The notes below the pieces were generated by a model, which was not told the origin of the DNA, did no database searches, and worked only from the letters and a program-made list of their open reading frames with translations. A stretch of DNA of 52,958 nt, from the sequence record SRR20825006_1097; one strand, written 5' to 3'. Below, piece after piece: positions 27,295 through 36,883 of the stretch; the first letter of the stretch is position 1, and every line of letters begins with the position of its first letter. Made by a program: the position numbers and the translations under genes.

Positions 27295-27510
27295 TCATGC
27301 ACCGCCGCTTACAATTTTTTCTTTGATAAAGGCGATGGCGACCGCCACCACACCTGATGACAAAACCGAATGCAGCACGGCTTTGCGTTCAACCGTACGC
27401 AATCGTTCGTCCTGTTTTTCAAGTCGCCCATCCAGCTTGTCCATGGATTGGCTCATGCCCTGCAAAATGCCTTTGATTTCGCCAAGCTGTTGGTGAATAT
27501 CTTCACTCAT
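27295..27510 (-). CDS. Small coiled-coil protein with C-terminal TM helix (possible holin-like)
   Basis: LGEIKG..., RLRTVER, then hydrophobic VLSSGVVAVAIAFI. Confidence 0.65.
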   Translation of the reverse strand: MSEDIHQQLGEIKGILQGMSQSMDKLDGRLEKQDERLRTVERKAVLHSVLSSGVVAVAIAFIKEKIVSGGA

Positions 27511-27814
27511 TTTTGTCTCCAACATTTGAGGTCAGGCCCTTTTGCAAGGCGATGTAATAGGCAATCAGCCGGGCATGCTTTGCGCGACAATCGGCTAACG
27601 CCACGCGGGTTTTGGCCAGTTCGGCCAATGCCTGTTCGCCCGCTTTGACACCAGGGTCATAGCAGCGCTGCGCATCGCGGGCGGGCAAGTCTGGCAAAGC
27701 AAATGGCGCAATGCCAAGAGTTGCGGCACGCGGCGTACTAGCGTATCTGGCGCAACCGCTCAGCGTCAGCATCGCTAATAGGCTTGCAGCCATTAGTGCG
27801 GGCATTGACTTCAT
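27503..27814 (-). CDS. Outer-membrane spanin (Rz1-like lipoprotein)
   Basis: Signal peptide with lipobox LSGC; 5' end overlaps the i-spanin in another frame. Confidence 0.78.
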   Translation of the reverse strand: MKSMPALMAASLLAMLTLSGCARYASTPRAATLGIAPFALPDLPARDAQRCYDPGVKAGEQALAELAKTRVALADCRAKHARLIAYYIALQKGLTSNVGDKNE

Positions 27815-28106
27815 CGGTGAATTCCTTGGCGGTGAATTGGGTGCGCTCAAGCGCTTGGATGTCGTTTAAAAGCTGTGTGGCAAATTGCTTGCGAGCAGTC
27901 TCAGCCACTTCAATTTGATGGAGCAGGCGGTCTCGATCTTGCGTGACCAATTCCAATTGCTGTTCAAGCTGGTCTGAGCGGCATTGGGTGGCATTGTCGG
28001 CCGCGCCTTTGTGATAGGCCAAAACACCAAGCGCACTTGCGGCCAAGATAATGAGCGCAAACTTATTGCCGCCACCCAATAGTGATTTTAACAAGGCGAT
28101 CATCAT
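27738..28106 (-). CDS. Inner-membrane spanin (Rz-like)
   Basis: N-terminal TM then coiled coil; follows the endolysin. Confidence 0.78.
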   Translation of the reverse strand: MMIALLKSLLGGGNKFALIILAASALGVLAYHKGAADNATQCRSDQLEQQLELVTQDRDRLLHQIEVAETARKQFATQLLNDIQALERTQFTAKEFTDEVNARTNGCKPISDADAERLRQIR

Positions 28107-29164
28107 GCGGTTTTTCCACTTCGATGATCTGCCACACGGGCACGTCCGGCTTTGATCGATTGCAGCACAATCAAAACGCCAGCAAGAACCACCAAAGCAC
28201 CTAACCAGGGACCAAGCGATTTTAGGGCATTTCCATAGGTGCCAAGGCTTTGCGTGATTTTAGAAACGGTGCCCGATGATTGCTCAAGTAGGTTGGCAAT
28301 CCCGCCAACACCAATCATGCCACCCATAGCAGCTTGAGAAACGGATGCTTGTGCAATGCGAGACCCGTCTTTTGCCAGGCTTAAAAGGCCAGCTTTTTGC
28401 CGCTTTGTCTCAAGCGGGCGCGGTGTTGCTTCTTCAAGCGCCTCATATGTGGCACTACCCACTTTGCCATCTTCAAGCAAATAATTGTCCGCCTGAAACG
28501 CCATCACTGCTGTCCGGGTCAGGCCGCCAAATTTTCCATCAACCTCGCCAACATGATAGTTGAGCGAAACGAGCTTTTCCTGCAAGCGTTTCACGTCTTC
28601 GCCGCGTGCACCAAACTGCAATAGGCGCAAACCTGAAAAATTTTGCGCTTCGGGTTCTTCAAGCTGGCTAGTCTGATCTTTTGCCGGATGTTGAATGGTG
28701 GTGAGCGGCTTGTCGACGCCCAAAAAGCCTGCTGATGTGAGTTTTAGAACAGATTGATAATCAATCACGGGACAGGCCTTCGCTGCCACTTCACAATGCC
28801 CATGAAAGCTTACGCCACCCAAAGCAAAATTGATCTGGAAGCATAGTGCGCGCAAAGTAGCTTTTTGGGCGGTGGTAAACTTGTTCGGGTCCAACCCATG
28901 TAAGCAGATCGCAACGGTGCCGCGATTGTGGCCACGTTGAGCAGCGGGCGTCTTTTCAAGTGAACGCCCTAATTCAATTGTCCCGTCTTTGCGGATAAAA
29001 TAATGATAACCCACGTCTGACCAACCGCGCTCAAGGTGCCAATCGCGAATGGTGGCAATATTGTCATGTTGAGGATAATCACTTGCCGAACAATGGATAA
29101 AAACCCGATCAATAGGGCGGATAGGTTTGGCAAACTGAAATATGTTGTGGGCAAAGGCTGACAT
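28103..29164 (-). CDS. Endolysin: N-acetylmuramoyl-L-alanine amidase + peptidoglycan-binding domain + C-terminal hydrophobic segments
   Basis: FIHCSA, RGWSDVGYHY, GHCEVAAKACP (T7-lysozyme-type amidase); LQFGARGEDVKRLQ..DGKFG..T..AV..FQ (PG-binding). Confidence 0.92.
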   Translation of the reverse strand: MSAFAHNIFQFAKPIRPIDRVFIHCSASDYPQHDNIATIRDWHLERGWSDVGYHYFIRKDGTIELGRSLEKTPAAQRGHNRGTVAICLHGLDPNKFTTAQKATLRALCFQINFALGGVSFHGHCEVAAKACPVIDYQSVLKLTSAGFLGVDKPLTTIQHPAKDQTSQLEEPEAQNFSGLRLLQFGARGEDVKRLQEKLVSLNYHVGEVDGKFGGLTRTAVMAFQADNYLLEDGKVGSATYEALEEATPRPLETKRQKAGLLSLAKDGSRIAQASVSQAAMGGMIGVGGIANLLEQSSGTVSKITQSLGTYGNALKSLGPWLGALVVLAGVLIVLQSIKAGRARVADHRSGKTA

Positions 29165-29219
29165 GAAAAATCCCCAAATTTTGTGGGGTCAGCCTGACTT
29201 TATTTAGGTGCTTTCGCGC

Positions 29220-29232
29220 CGGAACTGTTCCG
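29220..29232. promoter_or_regulatory. Palindrome CGGAACTGTTCCG, putative late-activator site (Plys equivalent)
   Basis: 57 nt upstream of the endolysin start, just downstream of the Mor/C gene. Confidence 0.7.
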
Positions 29233-29245
29233 TTAGGTACTAGTG

Positions 29246-29665
29246 TCAATCATCTAGCTGCTGATCTTTGAGGAAATCTTCCAAGTCGATTTGGCGTGGA
29301 TCACGCGGGCGATTGGGCTTTTTACCAGCTTTAGAAATCACTTCGCGAACGTAGCGTTCCGATACACCTGCCGCAAGTGCAATCTCAAGGGATTGCTTGC
29401 CTTCACGGTGCAAGCTTTTGATAAGGTCGGCCTTGTTGATTTCATCTGATCGGATTGGAATGTAAAACTTATCGCCGGGAAACTGCTCGATCAAAATATC
29501 TGCAATTTTGCGGTCGATCTTGGCTAAGGGATTTGTTTCGCTGAACTTAGCTGGAATTTTAACCTCAATGCCTGGCAGTTTAGTCACCAACTCAACGGCA
29601 ACCTCTTCACCACAAATATCAGCAATATCGGCCAAATCATCTTTGAAATGGTATTTGTGGGTCAT
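29246..29665 (-). CDS. mor: Mor/C family transcription activator
   Basis: IADICGEEVAVELV...PG..., FPGDKFYIP, C-terminal HTH EIALAAGVSERYVR; position before the lysis genes. Confidence 0.82.
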   Translation of the reverse strand: MTHKYHFKDDLADIADICGEEVAVELVTKLPGIEVKIPAKFSETNPLAKIDRKIADILIEQFPGDKFYIPIRSDEINKADLIKSLHREGKQSLEIALAAGVSERYVREVISKAGKKPNRPRDPRQIDLEDFLKDQQLDD

Positions 29666-30057
29666 GCCCGTTTCTCCATTTCCTTTAAGGCTTCAATGAT
29701 GCGCGTGGCATCATTGAATGAGAGAAAATCGGGATCAGAAACACCTGTGCGTTTTTCAACAAATGCGCGCAGCGCTTTGCGTGATCCATCCCGAATAACG
29801 CCTTTATCTTTGCAAGATCGCCAAAGGGCGTGGATAAGCCGTTGGTAGGGTTTGGCCGCTGCATTGAATTTTGGCTTAGAATGGCTTGGCTGCCACCCTA
29901 AGCGTTTCAATTCGGCCAGTACCAAATCCAGCTTTTGTTGAGAAAGGCCCTTAGCAGTTCGTTGGCCAGCAAGACGTTCCAAAATATCTTGGTACGTCTC
30001 ATCGGCCAGACCCAACTCTTTTTTGGCGATATGGATTTTAGCAAGTTGCGCGCGCAT
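29662..30057 (-). CDS. gemA: GemA / Mu gp16 family protein
   Basis: LAKIHIAKKELGL.DETY..IL....G.RTAK.L; IIEALKEM. Confidence 0.92.
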   Translation of the reverse strand: MRAQLAKIHIAKKELGLADETYQDILERLAGQRTAKGLSQQKLDLVLAELKRLGWQPSHSKPKFNAAAKPYQRLIHALWRSCKDKGVIRDGSRKALRAFVEKRTGVSDPDFLSFNDATRIIEALKEMEKRA

Positions 30058-30065
30058 GATCTTTC

Positions 30066-30704
30066 CTAGGCGTTGGCGACATCAAGGGGAATTTGATCAT
30101 ATTGCTCAGTCTCGCCGCGCCGCTCATAAAGCCGAATATAGCGTTTAGAACCGGTGATCTGAATGCTGTCCGCAATGGCGCTCATGGCGCTTTTCCATTG
30201 CTCATCTTCAATGTTGATGCGGCGTAAGCCAAGAATGCGGTCGACTGACACTTTGCCTTCTTTGTCGACTTGGAAGGCGTCATTAACAATGGTTTGAAGG
30301 TTCTTGTTCGAGCCTTTGGACCAACGGTGAAGACACTCATCAATCATGCCTTTGGCCACTTGCAAGCGTTCATCAAACGAACGTGTTTCGCCTCTTGCTA
30401 CAATGACTTTGAAACGACCATCAAAGCTAAAGAGGGTCATGTTGCCTTTCTTGCCGCGATATTTGTGCTCATATTCTTCGGCTGAACGGGCAACAAAATC
30501 TGCAATTTCAGAAAAGGCATCCTGCTTGAAGTTGGCGATGGTGCCACTCACTTTAATGGCGCGTGCGGCCAACCCTTTCACCAACTTATCGCGCTCACGG
30601 TCGATGGGTTTTACCTTGTCGATGGGCCATTCAGCGCCTTTCGCATCCAGCATATAGCCTTTGCGGGGCAGTTCTTGTTGTTCTGTTATATTTAAGTTTT
30701 CCAT
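30066..30704 (-). CDS. DUF3164 family protein
   Basis: GKKGNMTLFSFDG, FDERLQVAK..IDEC, AFQVDKEG, SKRYIRLYER. Confidence 0.88.
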   Translation of the reverse strand: MENLNITEQQELPRKGYMLDAKGAEWPIDKVKPIDRERDKLVKGLAARAIKVSGTIANFKQDAFSEIADFVARSAEEYEHKYRGKKGNMTLFSFDGRFKVIVARGETRSFDERLQVAKGMIDECLHRWSKGSNKNLQTIVNDAFQVDKEGKVSVDRILGLRRINIEDEQWKSAMSAIADSIQITGSKRYIRLYERRGETEQYDQIPLDVANA

Positions 30705-30731
30705 TGTGATTTCCTGTTCGGTGGGAGGGGT

Positions 30732-31043
30732 TTAGGTTTGGCGAGGTGTGGGCCGACGTGCGACCGGCAGCATGACCACATTTCCAGTGAGTTCTTGCGC
30801 TTGAAGGGTCACGCAATTGGGCGCAATGGCGCGCTCATATTGCTTGGCCTGATCACGACAGTTTTCGATATTGATGAGCAACTTGGTGGCGTCATTTGCA
30901 GAAAGACGACCATCGCTATTCACGCGATCAGCTACAAAATAGATCAAGGCAGTCAGTTCATTGCTCAGCATTGGCCAATCCTTTTTGAGATGCATGAGCG
31001 CAGCTTTTGCAGCTATGCCAATGGCGCAATGCGTGTGGGTCAC
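30732..31043 (-). CDS. Hypothetical early protein
   Basis: Fits the operon; C-terminal GNVVML. Confidence 0.6.
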   Translation of the reverse strand: MTHTHCAIGIAAKAALMHLKKDWPMLSNELTALIYFVADRVNSDGRLSANDATKLLINIENCRDQAKQYERAIAPNCVTLQAQELTGNVVMLPVARRPTPRQT

Positions 31044-31305
31044 TCAATGGTTGTGGACGATTGGCAAAACCGTCGCATTGGCTGACGCTGATTGCTGTTT
31101 GCAAATATGGGCAGAACCGACCATCGGTTAAGGCATCAATGATCTTTTGGGCGATGCGATCCGTGTTGGCCGTATATTTATGGCTCAACAAAAGCGACAC
31201 TGATGGGCGTGAAATCCCGATTTCATCAGCCACCTTTTGAATGGAGCCAATCTCGTTCACGCGGTCACGCAAAAGGGTGAGATAGATGGGTTCTTTTACC
31301 GGCAT
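30958..31305 (-). CDS. Small HTH protein with Cys cluster
   Basis: IQKVADEIGISRPSVSLLL HTH; CPYL...C...CKSC. Confidence 0.75.
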   Translation of the reverse strand: MPVKEPIYLTLLRDRVNEIGSIQKVADEIGISRPSVSLLLSHKYTANTDRIAQKIIDALTDGRFCPYLQTAISVSQCDGFANRPQPLSDPHALRHWHSCKSCAHASQKGLANAEQ

Positions 31306-31892
31306 GGCACTTCACCCCCTTTGCCTTCATTGATGTTGCGATCAAAAAGGCTGTTGCGGTGGCGGCGCACCACTGGCGCTTGTGGGCCAGTATTTTTGAT
31401 CAGCTTAAATCGCTTAAAACCATTTGAGGTGAGGTGGGTGCCCTTTTGGCGCACACGCATCTCGATCAAATATCCAGCCTGGCAAAGGGCGCGGATATAG
31501 CGCTGCAAATTGTTCTCAGGGGTTTGATCGTCGTCACCGGCGGCTGCCATGGTGAGTTGCTGCACCGTAAAGCTTTCGCCCATCCGCATAATGCGCCAGG
31601 CGCGCTGGCGAAGGGTTTGCCGATAGGATTTGCGAAGCTTGGTGCGGTCTTTGCTGATCGGTCCGCTTTTGATTTCCAAGCCTGATTGTGCCGCCTTTAA
31701 TCCCGTCTCGGTGAGTTGGTAGCAACCGGTTTCAATGCGTTCGGCATAGTCACGCAAAATCAATTGTCGGGCGCCATCGGATATTTGCCGCCGGTTAAAT
31801 TGGGTTTCCTGATCCAATTGATCAATCGTTTTGCATGAGCCATCAGCAAGATGGTGCATGATTTTGGTGGGGATTTCGCCAGGTGCCAACAT
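31296..31892 (-). CDS. Tandem winged-helix protein downstream of MuB
   Basis: GCYQLTETG and LRQRAWRIMR....FTVQQL...YIRALCQAGYL...NTGPQAP. Confidence 0.8.
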   Translation of the reverse strand: MLAPGEIPTKIMHHLADGSCKTIDQLDQETQFNRRQISDGARQLILRDYAERIETGCYQLTETGLKAAQSGLEIKSGPISKDRTKLRKSYRQTLRQRAWRIMRMGESFTVQQLTMAAAGDDDQTPENNLQRYIRALCQAGYLIEMRVRQKGTHLTSNGFKRFKLIKNTGPQAPVVRRHRNSLFDRNINEGKGGEVPCR

Positions 31893-32206
31893 TATGCCAC
31901 CTCATGCTTTAAATCGTCAGAAACCCGCAATTGCTCGGCATAAATCCAACGGTGTGAAAGCTGGTTGGCTTCAAGCCAAACGGCCAAGCGAACGCGCGCT
32001 TCTTCACGATTGTCTTGCAGATAAACGCCAGGCACAAAAAACTGGTTTGTTGCAGGGTCATGTCCGGCATAGCCAGCAACCCGCGTTTTAATGTCGATGA
32101 GTGTGCCGCGTTGCTCAAAGATGATGGTGTGTGCGGGCAGTTGATCAACCTCTTCACAAAAGCCGATTTCGCCCGTGCGATAACAATATGCAAAAGCCAT
32201 GATCAC
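31892..32206 (-). CDS. Hypothetical early protein
   Basis: AYCYRTGEIGF...VPGV; overlaps both neighbours. Confidence 0.7.
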   Translation of the reverse strand: MIMAFAYCYRTGEIGFCEEVDQLPAHTIIFEQRGTLIDIKTRVAGYAGHDPATNQFFVPGVYLQDNREEARVRLAVWLEANQLSHRWIYAEQLRVSDDLKHEVA

Positions 32207-32970
32207 ACCTCATTAGGAACGCGGATGGTCTTTGAGGTACGGCGATCATCAATAATGGGCTGGCCCGCCATATCGCTTAGCGAGACACCGCCTTCTTCAG
32301 GCGGATTGCGCAAGCCAAATTTTTCAACCCGCGTGATCGCTTCAATCAGTTCGCGGTTGAAGCCTTGGGTGACCTTATGGACAAATTCCAACAAATTATC
32401 GGCAACCGGTACTTCGCATAGGCTTGAAAACATCAATCGCACATCATCAAGGCTTGCTTGCTCAAACTTCACGCGCTGCGACACGCGTGATGAGACTTGC
32501 GGGAAGCGCTTTAGATTGTCATTGATCCGACCCATGCCCACCAAAATGGTTGGAATTTCTAACATGTCCGAAAGATCGCGGATGGTTTCCAAAATGGCTG
32601 ACTTTGAAGAGATGTGATCCGCCTCATCAAACACCAAGCCAAAGGTGCGTTTTTCATTCAGCGCCAGCATATGGCGGTCGGTAAGCTCTTCTAATGCTTT
32701 GGCATATCGTTTTTGAAAAGCATGGGGTACCGGCACTTGCAGCGCTTCAAGCAGTTCGCTCATCATCCAAGATGGCGTCCATTCCTTTTTAGCGCGCAAA
32801 TAAACACAGTCATTTTGGGCCACCCAATTGCGCAAGGTTGTGGTTTTGCCCAGGCCAGGCAGCCCGTCAATCACAATCAGGCACGCTTCAGCTGCCCCAC
32901 GTTCTTCAACAGCGGTTAGCGCTTTTGCAAAGCGTTGCACATTTGAGGTTTTGACAAATCGGTTTTTCAT
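32203..32970 (-). CDS. MuB-like AAA+ transposition ATPase
   Basis: GLPGLGKT, LVFDEAD, IRDLSD, ILVGM; follows the transposase. Confidence 0.93.
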   Translation of the reverse strand: MKNRFVKTSNVQRFAKALTAVEERGAAEACLIVIDGLPGLGKTTTLRNWVAQNDCVYLRAKKEWTPSWMMSELLEALQVPVPHAFQKRYAKALEELTDRHMLALNEKRTFGLVFDEADHISSKSAILETIRDLSDMLEIPTILVGMGRINDNLKRFPQVSSRVSQRVKFEQASLDDVRLMFSSLCEVPVADNLLEFVHKVTQGFNRELIEAITRVEKFGLRNPPEEGGVSLSDMAGQPIIDDRRTSKTIRVPNEV

Positions 32971-33032
32971 AAGTAGCCTTTCATGGCGCACGGAGAAGGT
33001 GGTAGCTTTCCGTGTTGCGTTTTCTATTTGTG

Positions 33033-35156
33033 TCAGGCAGCGGCGCGCACGATTTCTCTTATTCGGTTCACGTCAATGCCTGACATTTCCAAAAGTTCGA
33101 GCTTCGCCTGAGACAACAGGCAGTTACGCAATACTTCAATTTGGCTACTGGCCAGACCATTGGGGTGCTCGAGTGCCCAAATGGCCAAATCTTCATCAGA
33201 CGCAAAGCGAAGCGGGCGCACATTGTCAGCGCGTAAACCTTCTTTGCGGTCGATATTCTCGGATGATTGTTCAATGGTGATGGACGCGTTCGCCGATGGC
33301 GTTAGCGGTTCCATTGGTTGAATGTTTGAGGCTTCGATAAACGGCATTGGATTGCGTTCCGCCTCGATCTCATCATATTTCATATCAAGGCGACGCTTGC
33401 GTGCCTTTGCCCGCTTTTCATCAGCGACTTTGGCATAGCTCTCATTCACATAGTCTTGTGTGTGGCCGTCGCGCTCAGCAATGCAAATCAGCTTGCCTGG
33501 ACGTTCTTGACCATCGATCTCTTCGATCTCACGTATCCACAATTTTGAACCATCATGGATGTCAAAACCGGCGATCACTTTCTTGTTGTGATAAGTATCT
33601 AAATCCAATGAGAAATATTCACTATTGATAAAGCGCACGATGCAGCGGCTAACGGTGCGCACCACATAGGAGCGGAATAAATCATCACCTTCATTGCTAA
33701 CCAAAGTTACTGGCTGAAACCCTTGGTCCACATGTCGTGCCCAAGCCTCATTTGGCGAACATCTTAGCTTGCGGTGAATGCGGGCATTATATTCATCAAT
33801 GGCCCGTTTGCAGTCGGCCATAAACTCATCCCAACTCTTCAAAAGCTTGCTTTCACCAAATTCTTTGAGGTCTTTTCGGGTGCGTTTATGCACAAAATTG
33901 CTGGCCTCTTTATCCATTTCACGGCCGAGATAAGTGGCATATTCGCGGGCTAAAGGGTTCCAAACGGTGCCGTTAAAGCGCTCAATTACGCCCCGTGCTT
34001 GGGAGTTGCGGGGCAATGAATGGTGAGAGGTTATGCCCAATCGTTCCAAAACGCCGGTCATTTGGTCTTTTAAGCGTTTGTTTTTATAGCCAGGGCCACG
34101 GTCGGTATAGAAAATGGCGGGAATGCCATGCGTTTCGATGGAGTTGCGTAAGGCGTCAATCACCCCATCAGCATTTTCAACCAGGCCAATAGAAAACCCA
34201 ACGCATTTGCGGGTGGCCACATCAACAACAGATGTGATTTCAGGCTTGAAGGGTGAGCCGGTAATTGGGTGAGCAACTTCCGCATCAAATGTCTTGCCAT
34301 CGGCGGTGTAGATGGTGGTGGGCAACATTCCATCAATTGAGCGAGATACGTAAGCCATCCGCGCTTTAAGGGTGAGCGGACGTTCGCGGCCTTTATGTTT
34401 GGAAATGTCATCCATTTGGCGCAGCAACCGCACCACTTGGGCATAGGTGGGGACGAAATCAGAACCCTTGTTTTTCAATTCGCGCTGAAACTCACGCAAC
34501 GCTTCTGAAATGCAAGGTTTTTGCGGGCGCGCATAATGATGCAGAAACCCACCAAACCAATCTGGAAAAGATTGCTTCTTTTTGGTTTTGAGTGGTGCAA
34601 GCGCGGCCACGCCAAAATCATCACGCTGATTGTACCAGCGATAAATGCTGCTTCTGCTTAGTTTGGCGGATTTGTTGGTGCGGTCATTGGCGGTGATGGC
34701 TGTTTGCTCATCAATGCCAAACTCAGCAGGCATGATAAGAAAGCACTTAATCGCCTGAAAGCGAGATAATTCCTCATGCAATTGATAGGCGTCAATGGCG
34801 CTGAGAATAGCGGCGCGGGCATCCATAACTTGCCGTTGGCGGGCGGACAGTTCGGTCGTCACCAAAGCTGCCCGCCGCCTAGCCTCGCGCTCACGAGAAA
34901 CTTGTTGGTCTTGTTTAATGATCTGCTTGTTGTGCTCTGCCAGCGCAACGTCTTGCAGCATCTCAGGCAAAAGCGAAATATGATATTCTAGGCCACCGCC
35001 GCGCACTTTGCGCCTGCGACAAAGATCACCATGTGCTGCCCATTCTTCGCGCTTGGCAAAATCTTGTATCCGGCGTTTGCTGCTTGGGAAATGTTTGAAT
35101 CCTGTGCGCTTCACCAAATCGGCAATGTCTTGTGCAGAAAACCAGTTTTGCATCAT
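33033..35156 (-). CDS. MuA-like DDE transposase
   Basis: N-terminal Mu HTH (WFSAQDIA..GGGLEYH), DDE triad YTADG / YTDRGPGY / GVIERFN. Confidence 0.95.
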   Translation of the reverse strand: MMQNWFSAQDIADLVKRTGFKHFPSSKRRIQDFAKREEWAAHGDLCRRRKVRGGGLEYHISLLPEMLQDVALAEHNKQIIKQDQQVSREREARRRAALVTTELSARQRQVMDARAAILSAIDAYQLHEELSRFQAIKCFLIMPAEFGIDEQTAITANDRTNKSAKLSRSSIYRWYNQRDDFGVAALAPLKTKKKQSFPDWFGGFLHHYARPQKPCISEALREFQRELKNKGSDFVPTYAQVVRLLRQMDDISKHKGRERPLTLKARMAYVSRSIDGMLPTTIYTADGKTFDAEVAHPITGSPFKPEITSVVDVATRKCVGFSIGLVENADGVIDALRNSIETHGIPAIFYTDRGPGYKNKRLKDQMTGVLERLGITSHHSLPRNSQARGVIERFNGTVWNPLAREYATYLGREMDKEASNFVHKRTRKDLKEFGESKLLKSWDEFMADCKRAIDEYNARIHRKLRCSPNEAWARHVDQGFQPVTLVSNEGDDLFRSYVVRTVSRCIVRFINSEYFSLDLDTYHNKKVIAGFDIHDGSKLWIREIEEIDGQERPGKLICIAERDGHTQDYVNESYAKVADEKRAKARKRRLDMKYDEIEAERNPMPFIEASNIQPMEPLTPSANASITIEQSSENIDRKEGLRADNVRPLRFASDEDLAIWALEHPNGLASSQIEVLRNCLLSQAKLELLEMSGIDVNRIREIVRAAA

Positions 35157-35617
35157 TTGCCTCCCCATTTGGCGCTTAAGGCGCGGCGTTCCATTTCCAG
35201 CTGGCTGGCGGCTTGATCAAGCTGCCAAAGGCGCAACACATCCGCATATTTTGCAGGCACCACCACGCATCCGGTGAAGCCGCACACAAAACCCAAAAGC
35301 TCCATGCATTTGGTTACTTCCAAAAGCGCGATAAAGCGCTCCAACGTGATCTTGTGGTCGGTGCGCGCGGGGCTGGCGTAAGAGTTGAGCATGTTGGTGG
35401 TGATCTTTTGATCGAGATAGTCTGACATGGCCAAAGCAACGGCATCGCGATTAAGGCCATGCTGTTCCTGGGCATGGGTCATGGCAGCGGCGAGGGCGCG
35501 GGCAATTTTCACATCCAATGTGCCGCCCTTGGTCACCTGCTCATCAAATTGATGGGCAATCGGTTCCGGTGTTAAATCCCGAAATAAATCCAACGTGTTT
35601 TTGTCTCGCCGCACCAT
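35153..35617 (-). CDS. Phage early protein (putative DNA-binding)
   Basis: RDAVALAMSDYL...MLNSYASPARTDHKI; ATGA overlap with the transposase start. Confidence 0.75.
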   Translation of the reverse strand: MVRRDKNTLDLFRDLTPEPIAHQFDEQVTKGGTLDVKIARALAAAMTHAQEQHGLNRDAVALAMSDYLDQKITTNMLNSYASPARTDHKITLERFIALLEVTKCMELLGFVCGFTGCVVVPAKYADVLRLWQLDQAASQLEMERRALSAKWGGK

Positions 35618-35621
35618 GGTT

Positions 35622-36446
35622 TTAAATCCGTCCGGTGCGTTTTGCCCAAGCCATGATTTTCACCTCATGGACTGCAAAAACATTCTCGAGCTCTTCATCC
35701 TTAAGGCCGCGCAGCGCCTTGTTGATGGAGGCATATTTCTTTTCAAAGTGAGAGGGCAGGCGGCCCGCTTCCAAAAGCAACATTGCGTCGGCAACATTGG
35801 TGGCTTTTGGCGGTGTGCTGAACAGCACTTCGCAAATCTTTTTCTGCATTGCAGGCTTTTGTGCCGCAAGTTGTTGTAAACCCGCTTGATGGTCCGCCAG
35901 CCAAGTGCCTTGGATTGTCGCTTTTGAAGCTTCCGATAGCCCTTTCCAAATGGCCACTGCATTGAAGAAAGACCGACGAGATAAGCCAATCTGATCTAGG
36001 ATTTCAGACCGAAGTGCAAAAATTGCACTTCGGTCTTCGATGGTCAGGGAGGTTTGCTTGTCACCGCCTTTTTCAAGTTCGGGGTGCAGCGCTTTATATG
36101 CTTGGTCCAGTTCGAACAGATGCTGAGCACGGTCCAGGGCGTTCAGCTCATTACGCCCAATATTTTCAATCACCTCTTCAAGCCGCGCTTCATGCTCATT
36201 GCTGGCTTGAGATAGCCGCGCCGGAATATGATCACGTTCCAAGGTGATGAAGGCCGCAAGGCGGTGATGGCCAGAAACCAAGCGATAGGCGTTGCCATCC
36301 GCAATTACACTAATCGGATTGATCAGGCCGCTTTGCTCAATCATCCCGGCAAGCGCTTCCACCCAATGTTCATTGAGTTCGCGGGCGCGGTTCTCGGGTA
36401 TGGTAATCTGTTTGATCGCAATATCTTGAATGGCTTGTTTAGGCAT
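35622..36446 (-). CDS. ParB N-terminal domain protein
   Basis: GLINPISV, LVSGHHRLAA, ENIGRNEL, then HTH IGLSRRSF. Confidence 0.88.
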   Translation of the reverse strand: MPKQAIQDIAIKQITIPENRARELNEHWVEALAGMIEQSGLINPISVIADGNAYRLVSGHHRLAAFITLERDHIPARLSQASNEHEARLEEVIENIGRNELNALDRAQHLFELDQAYKALHPELEKGGDKQTSLTIEDRSAIFALRSEILDQIGLSRRSFFNAVAIWKGLSEASKATIQGTWLADHQAGLQQLAAQKPAMQKKICEVLFSTPPKATNVADAMLLLEAGRLPSHFEKKYASINKALRGLKDEELENVFAVHEVKIMAWAKRTGRI

Positions 36447-36509
36447 TTTCTTGTCTTTGATGGTTGGTGATCAGGTTCGTTTGCATGGCAAATTTGAACA
36501 GGGGAAAAG

Positions 36510-36818
36510 CTATGCGGCCTCTTTCCTGCCAATTGCTCCATTGCGTTTTTGGCTGGTATATCGGCGGCGGCGTCTGATAGGATTATTCCGTTGGCGCAAA
36601 AGGCGACCGGTTTCGGTGTAACGATTGGGCCAAAGTTCGTGTAAGGTGACACCGAGCCATTGGGCGATCTTGCGATCCGCTTTTGGAAAACGGCGACACA
36701 GAGCAACTGCAACATCAGTTGGAGCAAGGGAGAGTTCTTCAGACAAAGATTTTAACGTGTACCCACGGCGGTTAATCTCCGCCTTAATTGAGTGCTTGTC
36801 CCAGCGTTCGCGGGTCAT
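36510..36818 (-). CDS. ner: Ner-like transcriptional regulator
   Basis: WDKHSIKAEINRRG.TL..LS...ADRKIAQWLGVTLHELWPNRY. Confidence 0.9.
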   Translation of the reverse strand: MTRERWDKHSIKAEINRRGYTLKSLSEELSLAPTDVAVALCRRFPKADRKIAQWLGVTLHELWPNRYTETGRLLRQRNNPIRRRRRYTSQKRNGAIGRKEAA

Positions 36819-36883
36819 CGTGCTCACTTTCCAAACCGGTTGCAGCCGGTTTTTTTGAAAACAAATCGTTCGTAACTGAGAAC

